From an uncultured bacterium (lineage in GTDB: Bacteria; Babelota; Babeliae; Babelales; Babelaceae): a stretch of 64,000 nucleotides of DNA. The stretch lies in assembly GCA_963713855.1 (NCBI GenBank), contig OY970209.1, positions 193,071 to 257,070 on the forward strand. Direction: 5' to 3'. The notes beneath the pieces were generated by a model that was given only the letters and a program-made list of their open reading frames with translations, was not told where the DNA came from and searched no databases. The position numbers and the translations under genes were made by a program. Positions 9,419-18,628 of the stretch are shown here, piece after piece (within the stretch, counting starts at the first letter, position 1; each line of letters opens with the position of its first letter).

Positions 9419-10332
9419 AGAAGAGTATCATAACCATTCTAACCATTTTTTTATGTGCGTTTAACGTGCAGCTTTCCAGTGCTATAGGAAGTCGCTCAAC
9501 GCTAAAGCTGTCTTTAGCTACCCTAAGCTCTGCTAAGGGCATGCTCCAGGAGGTTATGCCATCACTCCTAGAATTAGGCAGACACCCTGACATTGCGCGT
9601 GTACACTTTAGTACAACAAAATACATTTTTGAGCATACTCGCTTTGGCGAATATATCTTCAAGCTTAAGAAAAACCCGCTACCACGAGAAATTGAACGTA
9701 AAAAAGCACTTTTAGAAAAAGCGCGTGGAGTCATCCATGATAATGACTTGAAAAGTCTTATTATCCCCCGATCTCATGGTTCTTATTGGCTTGACCATGA
9801 AAAAAAAGAATGGGCCGTTTTCATTGAAGAAAAGATACCCCTTGCCCACAATCAAGAAATACAGCAATACGTCAACAACGAAAAAATGGTGGAAGAGCTT
9901 ACCGTCTTTATCTGTAAAACTGCTTTTAGCGATATACATTACGGCAACATCCCTTTAACACTATCTGAAAAACATTTAGCTCTTTGTGATCTTGAATTAG
10001 AGGTTGACGATAATGACAGCATCGCCTTTTATACTCAAATCTTCGTGGGAATCGCCAATCTGCTTTTATGCATGCCCGATGAGCTACACACAATCATCAT
10101 AAACACAGTCCAGAAAACGCTTAAACTCTGGCCTAAAACAGTGCTTAATGAGCTTATTAAAGCGTTAAAAAGCCCAAGTTTTCCTCAGCTATCACTCGCA
10201 TCCATGAGGCAAAAGCTGGACAGGGCTATTCGCAAAGAAAGGCCAAAATATCACCTTAAACTTCTCGGTTTAAAAGGGGTTGGACTCGCGCACCAACTTC
10301 TTAACACAAAGCTTATACGGAAAGTTTTTTAG
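9415..10332 (+). CDS. Hypothetical secreted protein; weak kinase-like (APH/ChoK-type) motif
   Basis: 305 aa. Signal-like N-terminus. FSDIHYGNIPLT resembles the HGDLHPGN catalytic loop of aminoglycoside/choline kinase-like folds. Start overlaps the previous gene's stop (ATGA). Confidence 0.35.
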   Translation: MKKSIITILTIFLCAFNVQLSSAIGSRSTLKLSLATLSSAKGMLQEVMPSLLELGRHPDIARVHFSTTKYIFEHTRFGEYIFKLKKNPLPREIERKKALLEKARGVIHDNDLKSLIIPRSHGSYWLDHEKKEWAVFIEEKIPLAHNQEIQQYVNNEKMVEELTVFICKTAFSDIHYGNIPLTLSEKHLALCDLELEVDDNDSIAFYTQIFVGIANLLLCMPDELHTIIINTVQKTLKLWPKTVLNELIKALKSPSFPQLSLASMRQKLDRAIRKERPKYHLKLLGLKGVGLAHQLLNTKLIRKVF

Positions 10333-10338
10333 AACACT

Positions 10339-12795
10339 TTATGCGTTTTTGTCCTTGACGACAAAATTGACAAGGCGATCTGGAACACTAATCACGCGAA
10401 CAAGCTCTTTATCTTGAAGCCAGGAAGCGACTGATGCACGCGCTTGCTTTTCAATATCTTCCGGTTCAGTTGAAGGGGCCACAAGCAAAGTACCGCGTAG
10501 TTTTCCATTAACCTGAACAGCGATTGTCAACTCATCCGGTGCTGCTAGAGCCTCATTATATGAAGGCCATGTCACGTCCCAAAGCTGCTTTGACAAAAGT
10601 TTTTCGAGAAGCTCACTTGCAATATGTGGAGCCAAAGGAGAAAGAACAGCAAGTACCTGGGATGCAGAATTCTTACTGAGTCGCATCGATTGAGCATTCG
10701 CTTCATTAAGCCATTCCATAAACGCTGACACCACTGTATTAGGCTTAAAAAGATCTAAACGCTCTTGAACATGCTTAAGCAGCCTGTGTACGTGCTTTGT
10801 TACTCTTTCATCTTCCTTTTGCCCTTCAGCCAAAATGGTAGTAGGATCTGACATGTAAGTCCAAAAACGATTTAAAAACCTCTTACAGCCTTCAATACCA
10901 GCATCTTGCCATTCAGCATCAAGCTCCGGAGGTCCCATAAAAAGAATATAGAGACGTAAAGCATCAGAGCCGTAGAGCGTCACCATCTCATCGGGATTTA
11001 CGACATTGCCTTTCGATTTAGACATTTTTTCTACAAGTCCCGTTTTTTCAGAATATTTGCAAATCATACCCTGGTTAAATAAGCGCGTAAAAGGCTCGTC
11101 AAAAGGAAGATGCCCAAGATCATAAAGAACTTTAACATAAAACCGTGCATACAAAAGATGTAAAACTGCATGCTCGATACCCCCTACATATAAATCGACT
11201 GGCAGCCAATAGCGCATGCTATCGGGCGTAAAAGCTGTATTATCGTTATGCGCATCCGGATAACGTAAAAAATACCAACATGAGCCGGCCCATTGTGGCA
11301 TCGTATTTGTTTCTCTACGTGCGGGACCCTTGCACTGTGGACAGGTCGTTTGAACCCAATCAAGCACGTGCGCCAATGGCGATTCGCCAGTACCTGTAGG
11401 GTAATACTGCTCTACGTCAGGTAACTTTACCGGCAAGTCGATCTCCGGAACAGGGACAATGCCACACTTTTGACAATGCACAAGTGGAATGGGTTCTCCC
11501 CAATAGCGCTGACGCGAAAAGACCCAATCACGAAGACGATAATAGGTGGAAGGTCGCGCGTAGCCCTTTTGAACGCAATAGCGGATGATATCCTGTCGCA
11601 CATCACCTGCCCTTTTTCCAGCAAATATAGCAGGCTCTGAGAGAATGCCGTTCTTCATATCGGTATAAACTACCTCTAAGCGCTTTACTTGATCTTTAAG
11701 AATCGGGTCCTCTGGAAAAAGAACAGTTTTAAGTGGGATATTATATTTTTTAGCAAATTCAAAATCACGTTCATCGTGGGCGGAGCACTTTACAATACCA
11801 GTTCCATAATGCGCTAAGGCAAAACTCGCTACCCAAATAGGAAGCTCGCTCTTACTTACCGGATCAAGGATGTACCTACCAGTAAAAATGCCCTCTATCT
11901 CGGGTTCAACAGCAGCACCAGAACCGCGCTCTGAAAGTATTCTTGCACAAAATGCTTCTACATCATCTTTCTGTGCGACGCCCTCAATAAGCTTAGGTAA
12001 CAGCGGATGATCAGGCGCAATAACAACAAAGGTATCTGCCTCAAAAGTTTCAAAATGAGCAGAAAACGTCTCAATCGTTAAAGACATATCTTTAACCGGC
12101 GCTGAAAAAACTAGACCTTCGCTCTTTCCGATCCAATTTCGTTGCATAAGCTTAACTTTTTCAGGCCATGCTAATCTGTCTAAACCTTCTAAAAGCTTAT
12201 CAGCATAGCGCGTTATGCGAAGCATCCACTGTTTTAATTTGCGCTGGCTTACAATCGTACCACATCGCTCGCAACCACCACGCACAACCTCTTCATTAGC
12301 AAGGCCTACGAGACATGATGGACACCAGTTAATGAGTGTTTCAGCTTGATAGGCAAGACCCGCCTTATACATTTCTAAAAATATCCACTGGGTCCATTTA
12401 TAGTAAGAAGGATCAGTGGTATTAACCTCTTTAGACCAATCGTAAAGAGCACCGGTATCTCGTAGTTGCCGTTTAAAGGTAGCTATATTAGCTGCTGTGC
12501 TTACTGCTGGATGAATACCCTTTTTAATAGCATCATTTTCAGCAGGTAAACCAAAAGCATCCCACCCCATGGGATGAAGTACGTTATAGCCTTCCATCCA
12601 TTTGATGCGTGCATAGATATCAGAAAGGACATATCCACGCCAGTGGCCTACATGTAAGCCACTACCAGAAGGGTAGGGAAACATATCAAGGCAATAATAT
12701 TTTGCCCCTGATCCAAGCGGACGAGCGTACCCTATATCTTTCAAAGCCCAGATAGATTGCCATTTCTTTTCTATCTCGCGCGCATTATATTCCAT
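10339..12795 (-). CDS. leuS: Leucyl-tRNA synthetase
   Basis: The ORF extends to 12894, but the LeuRS-like N-terminus begins at MEYNAREIEKKWQ (12795). Motifs PYPSGSGLHVGH (HIGH-like) and KMSKS. About 820 aa. Confidence 0.92.
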   Translation of the reverse strand: MEYNAREIEKKWQSIWALKDIGYARPLGSGAKYYCLDMFPYPSGSGLHVGHWRGYVLSDIYARIKWMEGYNVLHPMGWDAFGLPAENDAIKKGIHPAVSTAANIATFKRQLRDTGALYDWSKEVNTTDPSYYKWTQWIFLEMYKAGLAYQAETLINWCPSCLVGLANEEVVRGGCERCGTIVSQRKLKQWMLRITRYADKLLEGLDRLAWPEKVKLMQRNWIGKSEGLVFSAPVKDMSLTIETFSAHFETFEADTFVVIAPDHPLLPKLIEGVAQKDDVEAFCARILSERGSGAAVEPEIEGIFTGRYILDPVSKSELPIWVASFALAHYGTGIVKCSAHDERDFEFAKKYNIPLKTVLFPEDPILKDQVKRLEVVYTDMKNGILSEPAIFAGKRAGDVRQDIIRYCVQKGYARPSTYYRLRDWVFSRQRYWGEPIPLVHCQKCGIVPVPEIDLPVKLPDVEQYYPTGTGESPLAHVLDWVQTTCPQCKGPARRETNTMPQWAGSCWYFLRYPDAHNDNTAFTPDSMRYWLPVDLYVGGIEHAVLHLLYARFYVKVLYDLGHLPFDEPFTRLFNQGMICKYSEKTGLVEKMSKSKGNVVNPDEMVTLYGSDALRLYILFMGPPELDAEWQDAGIEGCKRFLNRFWTYMSDPTTILAEGQKEDERVTKHVHRLLKHVQERLDLFKPNTVVSAFMEWLNEANAQSMRLSKNSASQVLAVLSPLAPHIASELLEKLLSKQLWDVTWPSYNEALAAPDELTIAVQVNGKLRGTLLVAPSTEPEDIEKQARASVASWLQDKELVRVISVPDRLVNFVVKDKNA

Positions 12796-12809
12796 TAGAA
12801 GGGTCCCTT

Positions 12810-13976
12810 TTAGAAGAAGCTCTTTAATAAGGCATATCCTATAACACCTGCCAAAGTAAGTCCAACAGGTAATTTGATTGAAGTAAAGCCCCATAGTTTA
12901 TACATAGCATTGCATGCGGCTATAACAATCAACACCGGATAAAGCATCTGAATAAGAGGCATTGAAAACTTCATAATAGCTGAAAGACCCAACGAGGCCG
13001 GAATTAAACACGCCGCAAGAACCCCTAGAAGAGCCCAGGTGTATCCGACGCTTTGAGAAAGAATTTGAATATGAATGTATTCCGTAACAACTGCAGTTAA
13101 CGCAACTGTTGTCGTAAAGCAGGCCAAGAAAACAGTAAAGCCAATAAGCGCAGCTCCATACGTTCCCAAAATGTTAAAGGAAACAGCGCTAAAAAGCTGC
13201 CCCTCATTTAAATGCTCGAGTCCTTGCCCATGAAAAGCTCCCAAGAAATTCATGCCAGCATAGACAAGCCCAAGTAATGCGGCCGCGGCGATCCCAGCCA
13301 TAAGGGCAATGCGTATGCGACCAGATGCATTCTGTGAATCACCTTCATGCATCTTGAGCATGCCAACAACAATAGATCCGAAAAAGATGGTGCCTAATAA
13401 GTCAAGCGTACCAAACCCATACTGTGCGCCGGTTTTGAAAAGCTCTGAAGCAGATGTGGTAACAGCTTGAGGACTTAGTCCCGAAAAAAGGCCCGCAAGA
13501 ACAATGATACATAAACTGAGCACTTTTAAAGGGCTTAAAAAAGTACCAATAACTGTAAGAAGCTTAGTCGGTCTATACGTAGCCAAGAAAACCAAACTCA
13601 AAAATGCAAACGCAAATACACTGACATGCATAGACGGCAAAAACGGCGTAAGCATTTCATAAGACAAACCAACAATACGTGGCATGACGATGATTGGACC
13701 TAAAACAAGCATGCAAAGGAATGTGGCAATTGCCCCAGGTATTCGCCCTAAACGCCCAAAAAATGCTTTATAATTCCCATCAAACGCGATAATGGAAAGT
13801 AGACCAAGCAGTGGTAGTAGAACGCCGGTAAGAATAAATCCAATAAGGCCCCACGTACTTTTAGAGCCTGCCAAAAGACCGACTTTCAAGGGCAGCATAA
13901 GATTGCCGGCCCCAAATAACATAGCAAATATTGCAAGACTTACCTGTACTACTTGTACCCATGATTTAGAACGCAT
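12810..13976 (-). CDS. brnQ: Branched-chain amino acid transport system II carrier (LIVCS family)
   Basis: 388 aa and about 12 TM segments. N-terminal FAMLFGAGNLMLPL...GFILTGVLLPLLGLL matches the BrnQ signature. Immediately upstream of leuS on the same strand. Confidence 0.8.
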   Translation of the reverse strand: MRSKSWVQVVQVSLAIFAMLFGAGNLMLPLKVGLLAGSKSTWGLIGFILTGVLLPLLGLLSIIAFDGNYKAFFGRLGRIPGAIATFLCMLVLGPIIVMPRIVGLSYEMLTPFLPSMHVSVFAFAFLSLVFLATYRPTKLLTVIGTFLSPLKVLSLCIIVLAGLFSGLSPQAVTTSASELFKTGAQYGFGTLDLLGTIFFGSIVVGMLKMHEGDSQNASGRIRIALMAGIAAAALLGLVYAGMNFLGAFHGQGLEHLNEGQLFSAVSFNILGTYGAALIGFTVFLACFTTTVALTAVVTEYIHIQILSQSVGYTWALLGVLAACLIPASLGLSAIMKFSMPLIQMLYPVLIVIAACNAMYKLWGFTSIKLPVGLTLAGVIGYALLKSFF

Positions 13977-14161
13977 AAAAAATCCATTGTTAAAGCGTTA
14001 CACAAAGAAAAACTTCATCTACTCCAAAAACCTGCACGTTTACTTCTGAAAGGGCGTCAAGAAATATAAAAGAGAACAGTTTCGCGTTAAAGATACCATT
14101 TTAAGGAAAAAATTGCAACCATGCAAGAAAACTACAAGGTGGAACCGAAAATAAAAACCTA

Positions 14162-14854
14162 TTGTCATGCACCCAATATAAAGCTACAATAAAGGCAATA
14201 ATATACATCCTAAAACCTGATAGTGTGCCTATGAACAATACTACCACTCAGCCTGCTCAACCATCTTCCCTTCATTATGCAGAAGAATATGTTATGGTCA
14301 TCAAGCGCTGTGACCTTTTTTTGAATGAGGAGGGTTTTCAGGGGATACTTTCGACAAATGTGGAACCCTATCTAGATCGCATCCACACCTTACATTGCTT
14401 CTTTCCCCGCTCTAGAATGGAGACTGATCCTACCTATAAGCAAATTATTCCTTACATGGTCTTTAAGTATTCTGACCGCTACTTTCTTATGCAAAGAACT
14501 CCCGCATCTGGAGAGCAACGCCTTAAAGATAAATTCACTCTCGGTATCGGTGGCCACGTACGCATGGAAGATCTTACCGACAATAGCTTATGGAGTTGGG
14601 CTTCAAGAGAATTTGAAGAAGAAATCGAATACAAAGGAAATTTAAAGATTTCAACACTAGGCATCCTTAATGATGACTCCAACAGCGTTGGTCAGGTGCA
14701 CGTGGGACTTGTGCTTCTTTTGGTAGGCGATTCCCCTGATATAAAGGTCAAATCTGAAATGAAGTCGGGCGTTCTTGCAACACTAGAGGAATGCAAAGCG
14801 CGCTATGAGGCATTAGAATCCTGGAGCCAGATAGTTTTAAATGCTCTACGATAG
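14162..14854 (+). CDS. NUDIX-like hydrolase (divergent Nudix box)
   Basis: GIGGHVRMEDLTDNSLWSWASREFEEEIEY approximates the Nudix box Gx5Ex7REUxEExGU (final G not conserved). Alternative start MNNTTTQ at 14231. Confidence 0.4.
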   Translation: MSCTQYKATIKAIIYILKPDSVPMNNTTTQPAQPSSLHYAEEYVMVIKRCDLFLNEEGFQGILSTNVEPYLDRIHTLHCFFPRSRMETDPTYKQIIPYMVFKYSDRYFLMQRTPASGEQRLKDKFTLGIGGHVRMEDLTDNSLWSWASREFEEEIEYKGNLKISTLGILNDDSNSVGQVHVGLVLLLVGDSPDIKVKSEMKSGVLATLEECKARYEALESWSQIVLNALR

Positions 14855-14894
14855 ATTTTGTAAAGCCACTCATCGAGAAGACTGTGCTAATTCA

Positions 14895-14918
14895 ACATCG
14901 AATATTAAACTAACACAC
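14895..14918. repeat. Left copy of a ~24-38 bp direct repeat (ctgtgct.att.aacatCgaatattaaactaAcaca) abutting the stop codon of the AAA ATPase gene
   Basis: Seen directly. The extended 38-bp alignment 14881-14918 vs 16113-16150 is about 33/38 identical, with a 13-bp perfect core gaatattaaacta. Confidence 0.6.
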
Positions 14919-16130
14919 CTAGCTTTTCTTGTAGAGCTTTGCAACAAGTTGACCTGCAAATTGCCAGCTTATGATGTTCCCACGAGTTCTTACTTGATTT
15001 GCTTGACCACCGTAGACGACATAGCTATCAGATGGTTTTGTACCAGATAATTCATTCCACTGGGCGAGGCCTTTAAAAAAATCTAATGAGATAGTTTGAG
15101 AAGATTTAATTTCGATAGGATAAAGTTTCGCTTCAATCTCTAGAATACAATCAACCTCTATCCTCCCATTACTATCGCGCCAAAAATAAATCGGTGGTCG
15201 CTTACCGAGGTTATAAAACTGCTTTGCAAAGTCAGTAATTATAAGGTTTTCAAAAAGAGCTCCTCTAAAGGGACTTTGAGCTAGAATTTTTGAAGACGTT
15301 ATGCCAAGTAAGCTGCAGGCAACACCGGTATCATAAAAATAGAGTTTTGGAGTTTTTGTAAGACGCTTATTAAAATTATTAAAATGCGGCTGTAACACAA
15401 ATACTACATAGCTTGCCTCTAAAATAGAAAGCCATCTATGAACAGTTGGCAGGCTTATCCCACACTGCGTGGCTAGATCGGACAAATTTAGTAGCTGCCC
15501 GATTCGTCCCGCGCACAAAGACAAAAACTTTTGAAAAGTTCTCAAATCACCAACGTTAACTAATTGACGAACATCTTTTTCCACGTAACTGTGAATGTAT
15601 GAAGAAAAAAAATCTTGAAGAGCAAGTTCCTGATCATAAAGTCGTGGATAGCCTCCTTTTATAACCGCGTCATTGATAAACTCAGGCCTTATCTTGTTTT
15701 CTTTAAGCTCATGAAGCGAAAGCGGTAACAAGGTAAAAATAGCAGTTCTACCGGCCAGTGACTGGGTTATTGCTTGATTCATCAAAAAGTTGTGTGAACC
15801 GGTCAAAATGAAATATCCAGCTCGCTTTTTTGTATCAACTTCAAGCTGTATGTAAGATACAATGCTCGGTACATACTGAAATTCGTCAAGGATAACTCCG
15901 TGCTTGTTTTCGTTGTCACTTAAAAATCCTCGAGGATCGCTCGCAGCAAATTCCCTTATTGCTGGATCCTCAAAGGAAATATAGCTATGTTTTTTAAATA
16001 CACTCCTGACGAGGGTTGTTTTTCCTGATTGCCTCGGCCCAAGAACAACAACAACGGGAAATTTTGCACCCCTAACTAAAGAGGCTTTCAAATCTCTTTT
16101 AAACATAATAAACCTGTGCTGATTTAACAT
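14919..16130 (-). CDS. AAA+ ATPase with DUF4143-type C-terminal domain (COG1373-like)
   Basis: 403 aa. Walker A VVLGPRQSGKTT; C-terminal region homologous to the remnant at 22778-23271. The first 6 codons lie inside the flanking repeat; an alternative start at Met9 (16106). Confidence 0.75.
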   Translation of the reverse strand: MLNQHRFIMFKRDLKASLVRGAKFPVVVVLGPRQSGKTTLVRSVFKKHSYISFEDPAIREFAASDPRGFLSDNENKHGVILDEFQYVPSIVSYIQLEVDTKKRAGYFILTGSHNFLMNQAITQSLAGRTAIFTLLPLSLHELKENKIRPEFINDAVIKGGYPRLYDQELALQDFFSSYIHSYVEKDVRQLVNVGDLRTFQKFLSLCAGRIGQLLNLSDLATQCGISLPTVHRWLSILEASYVVFVLQPHFNNFNKRLTKTPKLYFYDTGVACSLLGITSSKILAQSPFRGALFENLIITDFAKQFYNLGKRPPIYFWRDSNGRIEVDCILEIEAKLYPIEIKSSQTISLDFFKGLAQWNELSGTKPSDSYVVYGGQANQVRTRGNIISWQFAGQLVAKLYKKS

Positions 16131-16150
16131 TGAATATTAAACTAGCACAA
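16127..16150. repeat. Right copy of the direct repeat, overlapping the start codon of the AAA ATPase gene
   Basis: acattgaatattaaactagcacaa, 22/24 identical to 14895-14918 in the same orientation. Confidence 0.6.
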
Positions 16151-16399
16151 ATCTAATCTGAAGAATAGCTTTTTTAAAGCTGCTATCGTTTTATTGAAGA
16201 TCAACGCTATTAAAAAATCAATAAGATATAGAAAGCTACTCTTGCTGATTTTCTCGATCTAATACCCTTTTTCAAACACTACTCATAACATTTTTATTAA
16301 TCGCTTGCTTTATCTAATACCGGTTGTTAAAGTAAAAAAATATTTCAAGAAACTTCAGCACCCACCTATCTTCCAACAAAATATTGAAGAGAGAAGCAA

Positions 16400-18472
16400 A
16401 TGAACAAACTATTTCTTTCGGTGTCCTTTTTTTATGTTTTAGCTGTTCACTCGTTTGAGACAATAGCATTGACGGTAAGCACAACAGCTGACTCAGGCTT
16501 AGGTTCACTGCGTCAAGCAATCCTAGACGCTAACACTACACCGAACTCTACCATCACTTTTAGTATCGCAAGTGGTCATCAGGTTATTAGTCCTCTTTCG
16601 GCGCTTCCGGCAATTTCGGGAGCTGGTACCGTTATTGATGCAACGAGCCAACCAGGTTTTGTTAACACACCGCTCATAGAAATAAACGGTTCACAAGCAG
16701 GCGCAAACGTCATTGGTTTAACAACTCTAGCTGATAATTGCACTATTAAAAGTGTGATCATTAATAATTTCGCAGGATCGGGCATTCTCATATCAGGAAG
16801 TCAAAATGCTATCTTCGGATGCTTTATTGGTACTGATGCAACTGGAACTTTAGCCCAGCCAAACGAAGGAGACGGCATTGACGTCTTTAACGTTGCGGCA
16901 AGCTCTCTTACGGGAACAATTATCGGGTCTCAGACAAATGGACAAGGAAACCTCGTTTCTGGTAACGCAGGAATCGGTATTAACGTCTTTTCATCTGCAC
17001 CGACAAGCATCGATAGCACGACAATAGCTGGCAATGTTGTTGGAACAGATATATCAGGAAACAGCGCTCTTTCTAATGGCGGGGACGGAATTTTTGTCGG
17101 CGGATTTTCAGACATTTCAAACACCGTAATACGCGGTAACCTTGTCTCTGGCAATACTACAAGCGGCATCAACCTCAACATAGGAGCAGGCACCCTCGAT
17201 CAGACGATCATTCAAGGCAATTTGGTTGGCACCAATTTAGGAGGGACTGCCGCCATCGGCAATGGTCAAGATAGCGTTCAATTACTGGCAATTCAGACCG
17301 GTGTTATTCAAAATACCTTCATTGGTGGCTCAGGTGCCGGTCAAGGAAACGTTATATCCGGAACACTTAACTCATTTTCAGGAATAGGGGCTGTCACTCA
17401 AGACCCGGGATCTGTTATCGTTAATACGACTATACAGCAAAACTTGATCGGAACGAATGCTGCTGGCAATGCTCCGTTGCCTAACACCTTCAGAGGTATA
17501 TTTTTAATAAACACCGCTGGAAGTTTTAGTGATACAGTTATTGGAGGTGCAGGTATAGCGGGCAACGTTATTTCGGGCAATCATAACGATGGTATCGCCT
17601 TAGTAAACGGCGTTACTAAAACTGTTATTCGAGGAAACCATATAGGAACTGATATAACCAATAAACTCATTTTACCTAACGGAGTCTTTGGCATCGTTAT
17701 ACCTCAAGGAAACGGTATAACAGGCGCCACAGACAACACTATTGGTGGAACAATAAACGCACAAGCAAATACCATTAGTTTTAACAAAGCTGCAGGCATC
17801 TTCATAACGGGGCCTCTTAACGTTCGCAATACCATTATAAGAGACTCTATTTTTGATAACGGGCAAAGTGGTATTCTCCTTTCCAATGGAGGAAACGCAC
17901 AGTTACAAGCACCTACTATTAAAAAAGTAGCTCAGTCCCCTACGGCTTTAACAGTAACCTTTACCACACCATCCTCACCTGCTGGCTCTTTCAGGGTTGA
18001 ATTTTTTAATACCCTCGTCAATCGTCCAAACATAACAGAAGGACAAACATTCTTAAAAGCTCTTGCTTCCGTACCATCAGGAACAACAAGGACTATAACA
18101 ATACCAGGAAACTTTACGGGTTCAATAAGCGCCACCGCAACCCAACTTAATAGTCAAGGTGCACCAGGCAACACGTCGGAATTTAGTAGAGGTTTTTCCA
18201 TCAAAAAGCAAAAGTTGACCGTCGGCCTTAAACAAAAATCAGAGCCTAAGCCAAGGGAGGCGGAAGTCGTAACAAGTATCGAAGGAGGCGTCGGCTCTTC
18301 ATTCAGCCTTAAATGGTCTGATGGAAAAAAACAGCCCCATGTTGGTAAAACATCAACACGCTTGGTCAAAAAAGGTACAAACAAACTTTCAGTAGTTGCT
18401 ACCGACCTTACTACCAAAGCTCGGGCTGAGGACAGTATTAAGCTTAAATTTAAGCACCGCAAAAAGTGCTAA
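16400..18472 (+). CDS. Secreted parallel beta-helix repeat protein (adhesin / Pmp-like) with Lys-rich C-terminal tail
   Basis: 690 aa. Signal peptide, then many Gly/Asn-rich turn repeats (GNLVSGN, IRGNLVSGNTTSGINLN, IQGNLVGTNLGG, IRGNHIGTD) typical of right-handed beta-helix. No recognisable autotransporter beta-barrel. Basic tail KKQKLTVGLKQKSEPKPRE...KFKHRKKC. Confidence 0.6.
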   Translation: MNKLFLSVSFFYVLAVHSFETIALTVSTTADSGLGSLRQAILDANTTPNSTITFSIASGHQVISPLSALPAISGAGTVIDATSQPGFVNTPLIEINGSQAGANVIGLTTLADNCTIKSVIINNFAGSGILISGSQNAIFGCFIGTDATGTLAQPNEGDGIDVFNVAASSLTGTIIGSQTNGQGNLVSGNAGIGINVFSSAPTSIDSTTIAGNVVGTDISGNSALSNGGDGIFVGGFSDISNTVIRGNLVSGNTTSGINLNIGAGTLDQTIIQGNLVGTNLGGTAAIGNGQDSVQLLAIQTGVIQNTFIGGSGAGQGNVISGTLNSFSGIGAVTQDPGSVIVNTTIQQNLIGTNAAGNAPLPNTFRGIFLINTAGSFSDTVIGGAGIAGNVISGNHNDGIALVNGVTKTVIRGNHIGTDITNKLILPNGVFGIVIPQGNGITGATDNTIGGTINAQANTISFNKAAGIFITGPLNVRNTIIRDSIFDNGQSGILLSNGGNAQLQAPTIKKVAQSPTALTVTFTTPSSPAGSFRVEFFNTLVNRPNITEGQTFLKALASVPSGTTRTITIPGNFTGSISATATQLNSQGAPGNTSEFSRGFSIKKQKLTVGLKQKSEPKPREAEVVTSIEGGVGSSFSLKWSDGKKQPHVGKTSTRLVKKGTNKLSVVATDLTTKARAEDSIKLKFKHRKKC

Positions 18473-18628
18473 AAAATGTTTTCTTCTCAGCGCGCAAACG
18501 TTGAGAAATAAGTCGCTATTTGTTTTACACTGCTTTAAGGTGATGCGCTCGAATTCGTACTGCGATGAGCATGCGCGTTTTTAAAATTATCCATCTAGTG
18601 CAGGCCAGGTAACTACAATCGTTCCCGT

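Noticed and set aside
9351-9734. 127-aa minus-strand ORF
   Set aside because: Spans the junction of two well-supported plus-strand genes, antisense.
16579-18462. Series of 60-100 aa minus-strand ORFs
   Set aside because: Antisense to the beta-helix repeat gene. Pro/Ile-rich mirror translations of the Gly/Asn repeats.
18473-18628. Terminator-like palindrome after the beta-helix gene (gagcatgcgcgttttt)
   Set aside because: The stem does not form a clean hairpin (gcatgc is a self-palindrome, but the flanks do not pair).
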